64,000 nucleotides of DNA. Origin: Coraliomargaritaceae bacterium. GTDB taxonomy: Bacteria; Verrucomicrobiota; Verrucomicrobiia; Opitutales; Coraliomargaritaceae. The stretch is from NCBI GenBank assembly GCA_045565635.1, contig JBJLEY010000019.1, forward strand, positions 4,280-68,279. Reading direction: 5' to 3'. The notes below the pieces were generated by a model, which was not told where the DNA came from, ran no database searches, and saw only the letters and a list, made by a program, of their open reading frames with translations. Of this stretch, positions 37,952-48,313 are shown piece after piece; position 1 is the first letter of the stretch, and each line of letters begins with the position of its first letter. Both the position numbers and the translations under genes were made by a program.

Positions 37952-39649
37952 TTATTCAACTACAAATCGAAAGCCGATTAATCGACTTCTTTCATTACGA
38001 TTTACGATCCTTAATGGCACGCCATAAATAGCCTCTAAGCTATCACTAAAATGCCCCCCCGCATGTTTAACTGGCTCATTCTCAAAAACACCATCGCTGT
38101 AAAGCCATTCACTAACATTTCCCAATAAATCATAAAAGCCTTCCCTCAATGGCTCTTTACTTGCCATGTTTCTTATCTTTCCTCCGTCTACATTTGAAAC
38201 AACAAAATTTTCTAATTTCACATAGCGCAAAGACCCAACTGCAGCACGAAATTCATATTCTTTGGGCAGACGAACCTTTAAGCCCATGATCCAAGATAAA
38301 CGCTTGCAGAAAATTTTCGCCTCCTCCCAATTAACAGACTCAACGGGCTTAAGATCTCCAATAAAGCGACTTGGATTATATCCTATAATCGTAGAATACA
38401 AGGCCTGCGATACTTCTGTTTTCAACATTCTAATACCCGGTTCACCAGGAACAGAGATTAAATTATCGTATATTCTATCCTGTACTAGCTCTAAGTTATT
38501 TCGAATAAAATTAAGGTATTTAATTTTTACGCTTAATACACTATCATTATAAGAACTTTTAGGAAACTCTTCCTGCATTCTCAAAATAGCATCTGCAATT
38601 CTCAATATCTTACTTTTAGCTGATAGTATTTTTCTTTGCCTTAACTCACGATCAATTTCAAAATTTAAAACATTAATCATCTCACCCAAATCATAACTTG
38701 CCGAAGTTTGAGCTTTTCTCGTTAGATCATTCATTCGATCAATCGAACTATGGGGGCTATCTGGATACGTTTCGTTCAGCTTATCCTGTAATCGCATAGC
38801 ATCCTCATAAAAATTCGCGGCCTTAAGATTGTCTCCTTTTTCGACTAAAGCTTCTGCCTTATTCTCCAAATCATTTATTTGATGGAATAAAGGCGTGCTT
38901 CGGTAAGCAATTTGTTTAAGCTTTAACGCATTAAGCTTAAGGCCATCTGAAAGATCTGAGCTACGGTATTCAGAATTTAAATATAACTGCTTTTCAATTG
39001 CCTCTTCTAATAAATTCGCGGCCTCACCCCATTTTTCTTCATTCTTCAGCTTCTCTATTCTAGCTTCGGCAAGGAGAATCTCTTCATGAATTGGGTAGGC
39101 ATTTAAATAATCTAAGCTTCGATTCAATTGAGCCATACGATTGATGTCATAATAAGAACTTAAAGGATAAGATTCATTTATTTTTCTTTGTAAAGACATC
39201 GATTCCTTAATTGCCTCAATTGCATCCAGGTAATCACCCTCATCAAACAGCGCTTGGCTCAACTCTTCTTTAGCGATACTTAATTTATAAATTTCGTCAG
39301 ATAAAACTTGGTCGTATCGTTGTTTCAGATAATCTAAACGCTGATTGGCAGACTCATTGTAGTAAGGCAGTCCTTCTACGTAAGACTCCTGAAATTCTAC
39401 TGCTTCTAATAGCAATAACGCATCGGATTCCGTCATTTCTCTTAAAGAAATAACTTCTTCAAATTGCCCCTGGGCTTCAAAGCTTTTCAATCGAAGTGCT
39501 TCTACTTTTTCAGAAACTTCCATTGTTGCGTTGATTGTTTCTTTCGAAGCGTAGTCAATTGTCTTAGGACCTGAAATAATTAATAAAGCAAATGACCCTA
39601 TCAAAATGATAGGTATTAAAATATAGAAGATAATTTTTTCAAAAGACAT
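37952..39649 (-). CDS. Membrane-anchored repeat protein with C-terminal formylglycine-generating-enzyme (SUMF1/FGE) domain
   Basis: An N-terminal TM helix (IIFYILIPIILIGSFALLII) is followed by about 380 aa of helical, TPR-like repeats. The C-terminus has FGE-type blocks (VNWEEAKIFCKRLS...VRLPKEYEFRAA, GNVSEWLYSD, LIGFRFVV). Confidence 0.7.
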   Translation of the reverse strand: MSFEKIIFYILIPIILIGSFALLIISGPKTIDYASKETINATMEVSEKVEALRLKSFEAQGQFEEVISLREMTESDALLLLEAVEFQESYVEGLPYYNESANQRLDYLKQRYDQVLSDEIYKLSIAKEELSQALFDEGDYLDAIEAIKESMSLQRKINESYPLSSYYDINRMAQLNRSLDYLNAYPIHEEILLAEARIEKLKNEEKWGEAANLLEEAIEKQLYLNSEYRSSDLSDGLKLNALKLKQIAYRSTPLFHQINDLENKAEALVEKGDNLKAANFYEDAMRLQDKLNETYPDSPHSSIDRMNDLTRKAQTSASYDLGEMINVLNFEIDRELRQRKILSAKSKILRIADAILRMQEEFPKSSYNDSVLSVKIKYLNFIRNNLELVQDRIYDNLISVPGEPGIRMLKTEVSQALYSTIIGYNPSRFIGDLKPVESVNWEEAKIFCKRLSWIMGLKVRLPKEYEFRAAVGSLRYVKLENFVVSNVDGGKIRNMASKEPLREGFYDLLGNVSEWLYSDGVFENEPVKHAGGHFSDSLEAIYGVPLRIVNRNERSRLIGFRFVVE

Positions 39650-39772
39650 AAACGATAACTTGTTATATACAAGAAGGAGAAACTAAAGATATAATTATTT
39701 CATTCAAGTAAAAGAAATTAGAAAAAAATCACTTATTGCGCTTCTTCAAAAGACCGTTTAATTATTTAATAT

Positions 39773-40630
39773 ATGTATAATTCATTAAGCATAATTGGAC
39801 CAGGACTACTCGGCGCTTCAATCGCTATGTCTGTTTATGAAAAAAAATTGGCTAAGGAAATTCATCTTTGGGCACGCAGTGAAGACAAGAGAAATCTTTG
39901 CTTAAAAACTGATTGGTGTGACTATGTTCATGAAACTCTTGAAAATGCGGCTAAAAACAGTGACTTTATTATAATATGTACTCCCGTTGATACAATTATC
40001 CCCATTCTCGAAACCATAGCTCCACATTTAACCCCCGGAACTATTGTCACTGATGTTGGAAGCGTTAAAGAAAGTATTTGCTCACACGCTAAAGCCATAC
40101 CGAACCAAGGCCATTTTGATTTCATTGGTTCCCATCCGATGGCTGGTTCAGAAAAAAGCGGAATGGAGCATGCATGCTCAACCCTACTAAAAGAGGCCAC
40201 TTGCATTGTCACTCCTACAGAGCATACCGAAACACCTGCTTTAGAAAAAGTGACCGAATTTTGGGGCAAACTTGGAATGCATCCCGTACTCATGGACCCC
40301 CAAGCTCATGATTCACTAATCGCAAAAATTAGCCACCTACCCCATATAGTCGCTTCGATTCTAGCCGCCTCACTTTCCGATATCCCTACTGAGCAATTTG
40401 CATATTCAGGCGGTGGACTCAAAGACACCACACGAATTGCTGGAGGTAGCCCAAACTTATGGCAATCTATCATATCTCAAAATGCCGATTCCATTCTTAA
40501 GTCTATTGATCAATTTGAACATACACTCAAAGCATTCAAAGAAAGCTTAGCCTCTCAAGACCTCGATAATTTGCATAAAATTCTAAATGACGGCCAACTA
40601 ACAAGAAAAGCCATTGAAAAATCTAACTAG
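39773..40630 (+). CDS. tyrA: Prephenate (or arogenate) dehydrogenase
   Basis: The N-terminal motif is SIIGPGLLGASIA and the catalytic block is GSHPMAGSEKSG. Length is 285 aa. It lies directly upstream of aroA. Confidence 0.85.
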   Translation: MYNSLSIIGPGLLGASIAMSVYEKKLAKEIHLWARSEDKRNLCLKTDWCDYVHETLENAAKNSDFIIICTPVDTIIPILETIAPHLTPGTIVTDVGSVKESICSHAKAIPNQGHFDFIGSHPMAGSEKSGMEHACSTLLKEATCIVTPTEHTETPALEKVTEFWGKLGMHPVLMDPQAHDSLIAKISHLPHIVASILAASLSDIPTEQFAYSGGGLKDTTRIAGGSPNLWQSIISQNADSILKSIDQFEHTLKAFKESLASQDLDNLHKILNDGQLTRKAIEKSN

Positions 40631-40648
40631 CGGCTCATCTATAATCTA

Positions 40649-42037
40649 TTGAATTACATTGTGAGATCACCCTTAGCCATATTGCCATTTAAGAATCCAA
40701 TATCAGGAAGCTTAGACCTACCCGGCTCAAAAAGTATTACAAATCGTGCATTGATTATCGCTGCACTTTGCGATGGTCCAGTGACTCTCAAAGGAGCTTT
40801 ATTCAGCCGAGATACCCATATAATGATCGAGGCGCTGCACGCACTCGGCTTTGAAATTCTGGCCGACGAAGACAACTACACAATCAATATACAAGGTCTA
40901 GATGGAATCATCCCAAAAAAAACCGCATCGCTTCATGTCGGAAATGCTGGAACTGCTGCACGTTTCATTACGGCCTTTCTTGCTCTCCAAAAAGGTGGCG
41001 AATATACATTAGACGGCGACCCACAAATGCGAGATCGCCCAATGAAAGGGCTTATTGATGCCCTAGATGAACTTGGCTCTACAACATTTACTTTTTTAGA
41101 GAAACCTTATCATTTTCCTTTTCAAATGAAGACCCAAGGTATCCAAAAAAATCACGCTAAGGTCGATGCTTCAACAAGTAGCCAAATTCTTTCTGCATTA
41201 CTATTAACACTTCCTGCCTGCGAACAATCTATACAACTTGACTGTCCTCATGTTCGTACTGCTTATGTCCAAGTTACCGAACAAATAAAATCAAAATTTG
41301 GAATTCTTAAATCTGCAATTACTGACGGGAGCTCCTTCCAGATAATCAATAATCCATACCAGACTCCCGAAGGCTCGCATTTTTTAATAGAGCCTGACTT
41401 ATCCGCAGCCAGCTATTTCTTTGCGCTAACTGTGCTGCATGGAGGTTCACTCTCGATAAAGAACATTCCTGAAAAGCCGATACAAGGTGATATTGCATTT
41501 GCCGAACTCCTCAAGTCGCACGCCCTAGAAATATGCCCTCAAAAAGATCGATGGGACATCCAGCGCCCTTTAAGCAACTCTATACAAAAACCCATTGCTG
41601 ATTTTAATTTCAACTTATTCTCAGACACCTTTTTAACCTACGCGGCCATTGCCCCTTTGCTCAATAAGGAAACTATAATCTCAGGCATCAAGCACACTCG
41701 ACATCAAGAAACCGATCGAGTATCCGCCATGGCGACAGAACTCAAAAAGCTCGGGCAAACTGTATACGAAAGTGAAGATTCATTAAGAATTCTAAGTGAT
41801 AAAAATGCTTTGATTGAAAAAGCTAAAGCAGCCCGTGCTAAAGGAAAACTTTTAGAAATTGAAACCTATGAAGACCACCGCTTTGCCATGAGCTTCGGAA
41901 TACTGGGCACCTACGACTTATTTGGAGATGGACAAGCCTGGCTAAGCATAAAAGATCCTGAATGTTGCGGAAAAACCTTCCCTAATTTTTTTAAGACACT
42001 CGAAACTATTAGACATAGACATGGCAGCCGACCCTAA
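40649..42037 (+). CDS. aroA: 3-phosphoshikimate 1-carboxyvinyltransferase (EPSP synthase)
   Basis: EPSPS blocks LPGSKSITNRALIIAAL, GNAGTAARF, HQETDR and DHRFAMSF are present. TTG start as in the ORF track. The TAA stop is at 42035-42037. Confidence 0.9.
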   Translation: MNYIVRSPLAILPFKNPISGSLDLPGSKSITNRALIIAALCDGPVTLKGALFSRDTHIMIEALHALGFEILADEDNYTINIQGLDGIIPKKTASLHVGNAGTAARFITAFLALQKGGEYTLDGDPQMRDRPMKGLIDALDELGSTTFTFLEKPYHFPFQMKTQGIQKNHAKVDASTSSQILSALLLTLPACEQSIQLDCPHVRTAYVQVTEQIKSKFGILKSAITDGSSFQIINNPYQTPEGSHFLIEPDLSAASYFFALTVLHGGSLSIKNIPEKPIQGDIAFAELLKSHALEICPQKDRWDIQRPLSNSIQKPIADFNFNLFSDTFLTYAAIAPLLNKETIISGIKHTRHQETDRVSAMATELKKLGQTVYESEDSLRILSDKNALIEKAKAARAKGKLLEIETYEDHRFAMSFGILGTYDLFGDGQAWLSIKDPECCGKTFPNFFKTLETIRHRHGSRP

Positions 42038-42682
42038 TCAGACATCATCTCTCTTGATGGGGCTGCAGCAACAGGCAAATCGTCAACTGCTCATGCAGTT
42101 GCTAAAGCCCTCAACTATCTGCATGTCGATACAGGCGCACACTATCGCATCATTTGCTATCACCTAAATCAAAAATCCATCCAAGCAGTAGAAAATCCAG
42201 AGCTACTTAACGCCCTAGATTCATTTAGGATCCATACGCTACTGAACAAAAATTCTGTCCTTTTTGGAATTAATGAAACACAAGTTGAGCCCAATGATTT
42301 ACGCTCCTATACGGTTAATACTCTCGTTTCTCAATTTGCTACACTTAAACCAGTCAGAGACTTTCTGTTAGGCTACCAACGGTCACTAGTCGACTTTGCC
42401 CAAAATCATCATTTTAAAGGAATGATTGTCGAAGGCAGAGATATAGGGAGTATTGTTTTCCCCAATGCCACTTTAAAAGTATTCTTAGAAGCTGATGCTA
42501 ACACACGCATAGCTCGTAGAGAAAAAGAGGGGCACATGGATGTCATCAACAAAAGAGACGCCATAGATGCGACCCGCACACTATCCCCGCTCACATGCCC
42601 CAAAGATGCATTAAATATCAACACTTCGTTGCACTCTCTTGACGAAGTAGTCTCTATAATCTTAAAACAAATATCAGAATAA
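42038..42682 (+). CDS. cmk: Cytidylate kinase; N-terminal P-loop region has no canonical start and is in frame with aroA
   Basis: The frame is open from the codon after the aroA TAA and reads SDIISLDGAAATGKSSTAHAVAKALNYLHVDTGAHYRII... up to GMIVEGRDIGSIVFPNATLKVFLEADANTRIARR (Cmk blocks). The ORF track starts only at ATG 42422 (residue ~129). There is no in-frame ATG, GTG or TTG in 42038-42421. Confidence 0.8.
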   Translation, partial: SDIISLDGAAATGKSSTAHAVAKALNYLHVDTGAHYRIICYHLNQKSIQAVENPELLNALDSFRIHTLLNKNSVLFGINETQVEPNDLRSYTVNTLVSQFATLKPVRDFLLGYQRSLVDFAQNHHFKGMIVEGRDIGSIVFPNATLKVFLEADANTRIARREKEGHMDVINKRDAIDATRTLSPLTCPKDALNINTSLHSLDEVVSIILKQISE

Positions 42683-42683
42683 G

Positions 42684-43340
42684 ATGAGACCAAGTGCGCT
42701 TTTAAAAACAATCCCTGATCCTTATGAAATCGTAAGACGTAGCCTAAACGCCTATTTCACAACATTCCATGATCACACTGCATCCGGATTGAGCAACATT
42801 CCCCAAACAGGCCCCATTATATTTGCATCCAACCACTCAAGTTTTTATGATCCTCCTGTGATTGGTATCAAAAGCCCTCGTCCAATTCATTACTTAGCTA
42901 GAGATACTTTATTCAAAGGGTTTTTTGGAGAATGCCTACATGCCATAGGGACTATTCCTATTGCAAGAGGTACGGCTGACGTAACTTCAATTAAAGCAAT
43001 CTTTAAAGCACTCAAAAAAGGAGAAGCCACTGCTATTTTTCCAGAAGGGACGCGCTCACTTGATGGAAATTTAAAAGAACCTCAAGCAGGGACTGGTATG
43101 ATTGCGATAAAATCAAAAGCTACTGTTGTCCCGACACGGATTTTTGGAGCCTTTGAAGCCTTTGGACGAAATGAGAAATTGCCAATCTTAGGCAAAAGAA
43201 TACATATCATATATGGAGCACCGCTATCAACTGAAGCATTAGACCCCGGGAAAGAACATCCTAACCGTTATCTCGAAGCATCAAAAAAAATCATGCATGC
43301 TATCGACAAAATTCAACCATCCGATATTCCTGTAGTATAA
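42684..43340 (+). CDS. plsC: 1-acyl-sn-glycerol-3-phosphate acyltransferase
   Basis: The HX4D motif is present as NHSSFYDPP and block III as FPEGTRS. Length is 218 aa. Confidence 0.85.
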   Translation: MRPSALLKTIPDPYEIVRRSLNAYFTTFHDHTASGLSNIPQTGPIIFASNHSSFYDPPVIGIKSPRPIHYLARDTLFKGFFGECLHAIGTIPIARGTADVTSIKAIFKALKKGEATAIFPEGTRSLDGNLKEPQAGTGMIAIKSKATVVPTRIFGAFEAFGRNEKLPILGKRIHIIYGAPLSTEALDPGKEHPNRYLEASKKIMHAIDKIQPSDIPVV

Positions 43341-43342
43341 TT

Positions 43343-44527
43343 ATGAATCAAGATCGCTATTCCTTAAGAGGCGTCTCCTCCACAAAAGACGAAGTACATG
43401 CCGTTGTTGATAAAATGAGCAAAGGGCTTTTCCCAGGAGCTTTTTGCAAAATTAATCCTGATTTTTTGACTGGCAACTCAGACAAATGTTGCGTCATTCA
43501 TTCCGATGGCTCAGGCACCAAAAGCACACTAGCTTACCTGCACTACAAAGAAACAGGTGACCCTTCAGCTTTTAGGAAAACCGCGCAAGATAGTATGGTT
43601 ATGAATATTGACGACCTTATATGTATTGGCGTTACCGATAATATTCTTATTTCCAGTACTATTAATCGAAATGCTCGAAATATTCCAGGCCCTGTGTTGG
43701 CAGAACTAATTTCTGGAACAGAATCTTTCCTACAGTCTCTACGAGATAATGACATCTTGGTACATAGTGGTGGCGGCGAAACTGCCGATGTAGGCGATTT
43801 AACCCCCACCGTAACTGTAGATTCTTGCGCGGTTGCGGTAATGGATCGAGAGAAAGTCATTGATAATGCAAATATAAAGCCTGGTCTTGCTATAGTCGGC
43901 TTAGCTTCATATGGACAAGCAAGCTACGAAAACTTTTACAATTCAGGAATTGGTAGCAATGGATTAACCAGTGCGAGACATGACTTGCTTGCAAAGCACT
44001 ATTACGAGAAATATCGAGAAACTACTGATCGACAAACGGATAGCAAATACCTCTACTGCGGCCCTTATAAAATGAATGATCCGCTTCCTGAATCCGACCT
44101 TACAGTCGGCGAAGCCCTCCTCAGCCCTACCCGCACTTATGCCCCCGTAGTCAAAAAACTTTTATCTGAATATCAGTCGGATATCAAAGGTATGGTACAT
44201 TGTTCGGGAGGTGGACAAACAAAATGCTTACGCTTTGGGACTGAAGTACATTTTGTAAAAGATTCTTTATTGCCAATTCCTCCCATCTTTAAAGCGATAC
44301 AAAAAGCGAGCCAAACGAGCGATGAAGAAATGTATCGAGTTTATAACATGGGCCATCGGTTAGAAGTTTATTGTTTGCCTGAAGTCGCAGATGCGATAAT
44401 TCAAACAATCCAATCCTTTGGCATTGAAGCAGCTGTCATAGGCCGAACCGAATCTAGCCAAAGCAATGATAATACCAATACTCTTACCATACATCATCAG
44501 GATAAAAAACTAAACTATAAGATCTAA
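43343..44527 (+). CDS. purM: AIR synthase (phosphoribosylformylglycinamidine cyclo-ligase), long Bacteroidota-like form
   Basis: The N-terminus [15 protein letters not shown], then HSDGSGTKS and NMGHRLEV, are PurM-superfamily blocks. Length is 394 aa. Confidence 0.7.
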   Translation: MNQDRYSLRGVSSTKDEVHAVVDKMSKGLFPGAFCKINPDFLTGNSDKCCVIHSDGSGTKSTLAYLHYKETGDPSAFRKTAQDSMVMNIDDLICIGVTDNILISSTINRNARNIPGPVLAELISGTESFLQSLRDNDILVHSGGGETADVGDLTPTVTVDSCAVAVMDREKVIDNANIKPGLAIVGLASYGQASYENFYNSGIGSNGLTSARHDLLAKHYYEKYRETTDRQTDSKYLYCGPYKMNDPLPESDLTVGEALLSPTRTYAPVVKKLLSEYQSDIKGMVHCSGGGQTKCLRFGTEVHFVKDSLLPIPPIFKAIQKASQTSDEEMYRVYNMGHRLEVYCLPEVADAIIQTIQSFGIEAAVIGRTESSQSNDNTNTLTIHHQDKKLNYKI

Positions 44528-44549
44528 ACAATATCCTAATGAAACAAAT

Positions 44550-45518
44550 ATGAATAAAGCTATTGTCTATGTAATAAGCCTTCTCGTTGTTTTAAACTTT
44601 TCCTTAGCTCTCCAGGCGCAAAATAATGAACTCCTTGGATTCTACAAAATTGTTTTTATTGGAAAAGATAAAGAAAGTTCAAAATATAAAGCTGTATTTT
44701 CCGGAATAAAAGATGCCGCAAAATCTCTAGGCGAAGAATTTTCTATTGAAGTTGAAGTAATTGAGTTTAGCCCTATTCGCAACCAATCGGGAGCACAGTC
44801 CAAAGCGATCGTTCAATCCTTTCTTAAAAACGTAGATGGAATTATATTAAGCCCATCAGAAAAAGAAAATCTTAGCTCTGTTCTTGAATTAACGCAATTC
44901 TATCAAAAGGAAGTCGTCTTCCTTGAGCAAAATGTTGACTCCATAACTCCCTTGCTAAGCATTCAATCCGATGAAGTAAAAGCGGGCCAACTCATGGCAA
45001 AAGCCATTTTGAAGAAATTACCGACGCAGGGACGTGTTGCTATCTTAACCTCCTCAGAGCCTTCCCCTATTTATGAAGATCGGATGAAAGGCGTGAAATC
45101 CATATTGGGCTATAAGCGAATCGAAACTGTAATCCAAACTAAGCCAGATTATAAAAGTGCCTTAAAAAGTATCAAACAAGCGATAGATGAAGATGTGAAC
45201 CACGATATTAAAGGATGGGTATTTCTTGATGATTGGGCTTTGCGAGGCACACCAGATTTGCCGTGGAAGCCAAATTCAATTCCTTTAGTAACAATACAGT
45301 CTTCTGTGATGACTAATTTATTTTACGACCTTAGATACCTGGAATCTATGGTGCTCCACCCATTTCATGACTGGGGCTACCAAGCTTCAAAAACTCTTAT
45401 TGAAAAGCTATTCAAAAAACAAAACCCAGACAGCAATGTTTTGATATTCAACCCCACTTTAGTTAATTGGGAAAACATTGATGCATATGAAGCTGACTGG
45501 AAACAATGGCTTCGCTAG
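44550..45518 (+). CDS. Secreted type-I periplasmic binding protein fold (sugar-binding-like), orphan
   Basis: A signal-like N-terminus (VYVISLLVVLNFSLALQA) is present. The alternating beta-alpha pattern and 322-aa size resemble RbsB/LacI-type binding domains. There are no adjacent ABC components. Weak call. Confidence 0.45.
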   Translation: MNKAIVYVISLLVVLNFSLALQAQNNELLGFYKIVFIGKDKESSKYKAVFSGIKDAAKSLGEEFSIEVEVIEFSPIRNQSGAQSKAIVQSFLKNVDGIILSPSEKENLSSVLELTQFYQKEVVFLEQNVDSITPLLSIQSDEVKAGQLMAKAILKKLPTQGRVAILTSSEPSPIYEDRMKGVKSILGYKRIETVIQTKPDYKSALKSIKQAIDEDVNHDIKGWVFLDDWALRGTPDLPWKPNSIPLVTIQSSVMTNLFYDLRYLESMVLHPFHDWGYQASKTLIEKLFKKQNPDSNVLIFNPTLVNWENIDAYEADWKQWLR

Positions 45519-45579
45519 GCTAAATTATTGAAAAATTAACTGCTTATATAATGTATAAATAACGCATAACTTTAATCCT

Positions 45580-47682
45580 ATGAAACATCCTTTTCTTCAA
45601 GAGAAACAATTACCTGATTGGTCGCTCATGCTTCCTTCGAAAATTGAAGTTGATATAAATAAAGCTTTGCAAGAAGCGGAAATGATTATCCGTGATATTT
45701 CGAAATTGTCCGAAACAAATACCGTATTAAATTATTCTAATACTTTTGCAGCTTTTGAAAAAGGCCTCGAGCCGCTGAATACTGCTTGGGGATTCGTAAA
45801 CCACCTCGACAGCGTTAATAACTCAAAAGATTTAAGGAAGGCATTCAATGCCATGCTACCGAAAGTCACTAAATTTTATACCGACATCCCTTTAAATCCA
45901 GAACTTTGGAAAGTATTAAAAACATACGGAGTTAGCTTGGACATCCAACAATTATCACCAACTCAACAAAGACACATCGAAGAAACCCTAGAAGACTTTC
46001 GAGAAGAAGGCGCCGACTTACCGGATGAAAAAAAAGAACAAGTTCGTCACATTCAAAAAACCCTAGCCGAATTAACTCAAAAATACTCTGAAAATTGCCT
46101 CGATGCTACAAACGCATGGGAGCACATTGTAAATGATTCCACAAAATTAGAAGGGCTTCCTGAATCAGCACTTCAAGCAGCGAAAGAAAGTGCTCAGGCA
46201 AAAGGTAATAAAAATGCTTGGAGATTCACCTTAGATGCAACGAGCTATATTCCTGTAATGAGCTATGCTAAGCATCCAGATCTCAGGAAAACGGTCTGGA
46301 AAGCATACCAATCTATCGGTCGAAAAAGTCCTTACGACAATCAAGACTTAGTTGAACAAATTCTTAAACTGCGTCACAAGTACGCACAAATTATTGGCAA
46401 AGAAAACTTTGCTGAATATACTACTAATCGAAGAATGGTCAAAAATGGGCACTCCGCTTCTTCTTTTATTGAGTCCATGCATTCACAAATAAAATCTGCT
46501 TTCCATTCCGAATCCACCCTTCTCAAAAACTATAAAGCATCGAAAAGTACACAAGAGGATAAAACGCTCGAACCCTGGGACATAGGCTATTGGTCTGAAC
46601 AATACCAGAAAGAATATTTTCAATTTGATGAAGAATCCCTTCGCCCATATTTTCCCATAAATAAAGTCATTGATGGACTTTTTTCCATTTGCGAAAAACT
46701 CTTCGAATTAAAAATTGAAGCGGTTGAAGCAATTTACATCGAGCCCGAAGCACCTGAAGCAAGAGACGAGCTTAACCCACAGAAAATTCCTGAAGTTTGG
46801 CACCCAGATGTTACGCTCTATAATTTATACGACAAACCGACCAACACCTTATTAGGAAGCTTTTATGCAGATTGGCATCCAAGAGAAAGTAAGCGTAGCG
46901 GTGCCTGGATGAACTATTTACGGACTGGCTCAAGAAGCAAAACTCATACACCCCACTTAGGACTTATCTGTGGCAACTTAACTCCGCCATTAAAAGATAC
47001 ACCCTCACTCTTAACCCACCATGAAGTTGAAACCATTTTCCATGAATTTGGTCACCTATTACACCACTTATGCGGTACAGTTGAAGTGCCCTCATTAAAT
47101 GGGGTCAATGTCGCTTGGGATTTTGTCGAACTGCCGTCACAAATTATGGAAAATTGGTGCTGGGAACGAGAAAGCCTAGATCTATTTGCCCGGCATTACC
47201 AAACCAATGAACCTATCCCTCAAGACCTCTTTGAAAAAATGCAAGCCTGCAAAAATCACTTCAAAGCCATGGGCACAATGCGGCAATTAAGTTTAGCCAA
47301 ACTCGACCTAGATCTGCACCGTGATTGGGTCTTAGATTCTGATCGCCCCATTGATGCTTACCTAAAAGAGGAACTCAAAGACTATCACTTCCATTTCAAT
47401 ACGCCCACACAGCCCATGACCTGCAACTTCGGTCATTTATTCAGCAGCACAACAGGTTATGCTGCTGGCTATTATTCGTACAAATGGGCCGAAGTCTTAG
47501 ATGCCGATGCCTTTACCCGATTCCAGGAAGAAGGCTTACTCAACCCAACAACAGGTTCAGCTTTCAGAAGTACGATATTGGCAAAAGGAAATTCAGAAGA
47601 CCCCTACAAGCTTTTTCAAGATTTTATGGGGCGCAATCCTCAGACCGACGCACTCTTAAAAAGAGACGGAATTATTGCTTAA
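45580..47682 (+). CDS. M3 family zinc metallopeptidase (oligopeptidase A / dipeptidyl carboxypeptidase-like)
   Basis: The HEXXH motif is present as FHEFGHLLHH, with a downstream Glu ligand region (FVELPSQIMENW). The 700-aa length is typical of PrlC/Dcp. Confidence 0.85.
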   Translation: MKHPFLQEKQLPDWSLMLPSKIEVDINKALQEAEMIIRDISKLSETNTVLNYSNTFAAFEKGLEPLNTAWGFVNHLDSVNNSKDLRKAFNAMLPKVTKFYTDIPLNPELWKVLKTYGVSLDIQQLSPTQQRHIEETLEDFREEGADLPDEKKEQVRHIQKTLAELTQKYSENCLDATNAWEHIVNDSTKLEGLPESALQAAKESAQAKGNKNAWRFTLDATSYIPVMSYAKHPDLRKTVWKAYQSIGRKSPYDNQDLVEQILKLRHKYAQIIGKENFAEYTTNRRMVKNGHSASSFIESMHSQIKSAFHSESTLLKNYKASKSTQEDKTLEPWDIGYWSEQYQKEYFQFDEESLRPYFPINKVIDGLFSICEKLFELKIEAVEAIYIEPEAPEARDELNPQKIPEVWHPDVTLYNLYDKPTNTLLGSFYADWHPRESKRSGAWMNYLRTGSRSKTHTPHLGLICGNLTPPLKDTPSLLTHHEVETIFHEFGHLLHHLCGTVEVPSLNGVNVAWDFVELPSQIMENWCWERESLDLFARHYQTNEPIPQDLFEKMQACKNHFKAMGTMRQLSLAKLDLDLHRDWVLDSDRPIDAYLKEELKDYHFHFNTPTQPMTCNFGHLFSSTTGYAAGYYSYKWAEVLDADAFTRFQEEGLLNPTTGSAFRSTILAKGNSEDPYKLFQDFMGRNPQTDALLKRDGIIA

Positions 47683-48305
47683 AATACGACGTAACCCTGC
47701 GCTAGCTTCACACCAAAGACGCCAAGGTTGAGCACCATATGTGCGATAATCGAAGGAAGAAGCGATTGATTCGCATTCCAAGGGCCAAAACGTAGGGCAT
47801 AAAAACAAACTGAATTAAAAAACAAAATCCAAGTGTTAAAAATTCCTTGCACGGTAAAACTCCAAGCAAATCCTTCCTCCATGGACCATAAGTAACCATG
47901 CACCAAAGCAAAAATAAGCGAGAAGCCCAAGCAACTTAAGACCAAAGCATTACGCCCTCGATTCTGCACTACTAAATACCCGCGAAAAACAACCTCTTCG
48001 ATCAAACCCGCAGCAAGGGAAGCAAAAACAAAAAACCATACCATTTCACTCTGTGCCTCCACTATACCTAAGGCATACTCTCCAACTACTGCATTACCCA
48101 ATAAAACTAAGGCCCCTAAGATAGATGCGAAGATTAATAACCCATTTGTTGGCTTTGCTCCTGGCAATGCCTTAACATTCGGACGACCCGCCACAAACGA
48201 TTGAATGTCTGTACGATATAGATTTGCAATATAGAGACCAATCGCACAGTAGATTAAAATAATTAAAGGATCTTCATTCATAACTACATTTAATACTATA
48301 TACAA
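47679..48305 (-). CDS. CPBP family intramembrane metalloprotease (CAAX protease/Abi-like)
   Basis: The motifs EEVVFRGYL, FALVHG and a distal H in SIIAHMVLN lie in a multi-TM protein of 208 aa. Confidence 0.75.
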   Translation of the reverse strand: MYIVLNVVMNEDPLIILIYCAIGLYIANLYRTDIQSFVAGRPNVKALPGAKPTNGLLIFASILGALVLLGNAVVGEYALGIVEAQSEMVWFFVFASLAAGLIEEVVFRGYLVVQNRGRNALVLSCLGFSLIFALVHGYLWSMEEGFAWSFTVQGIFNTWILFFNSVCFYALRFGPWNANQSLLPSIIAHMVLNLGVFGVKLAQGYVVF

Positions 48306-48313
48306 AATCCCGT

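Noticed and set aside
27930-42037. Several in-frame TAA codons (two in the PEP-CTERM gene, one in the TolC-like relic, one at the aroA/cmk junction) raised the idea of TAA reassignment or a variant genetic code.
   Set aside because: TAA is also the terminator at the homology-supported ends of many intact genes here, including the FAD oxidoreductase at 238, arsC, pyk, murA, tyrS and aroA itself. Code reassignment is therefore not tenable. Local nonsense mutation or site-specific readthrough remain the only options.
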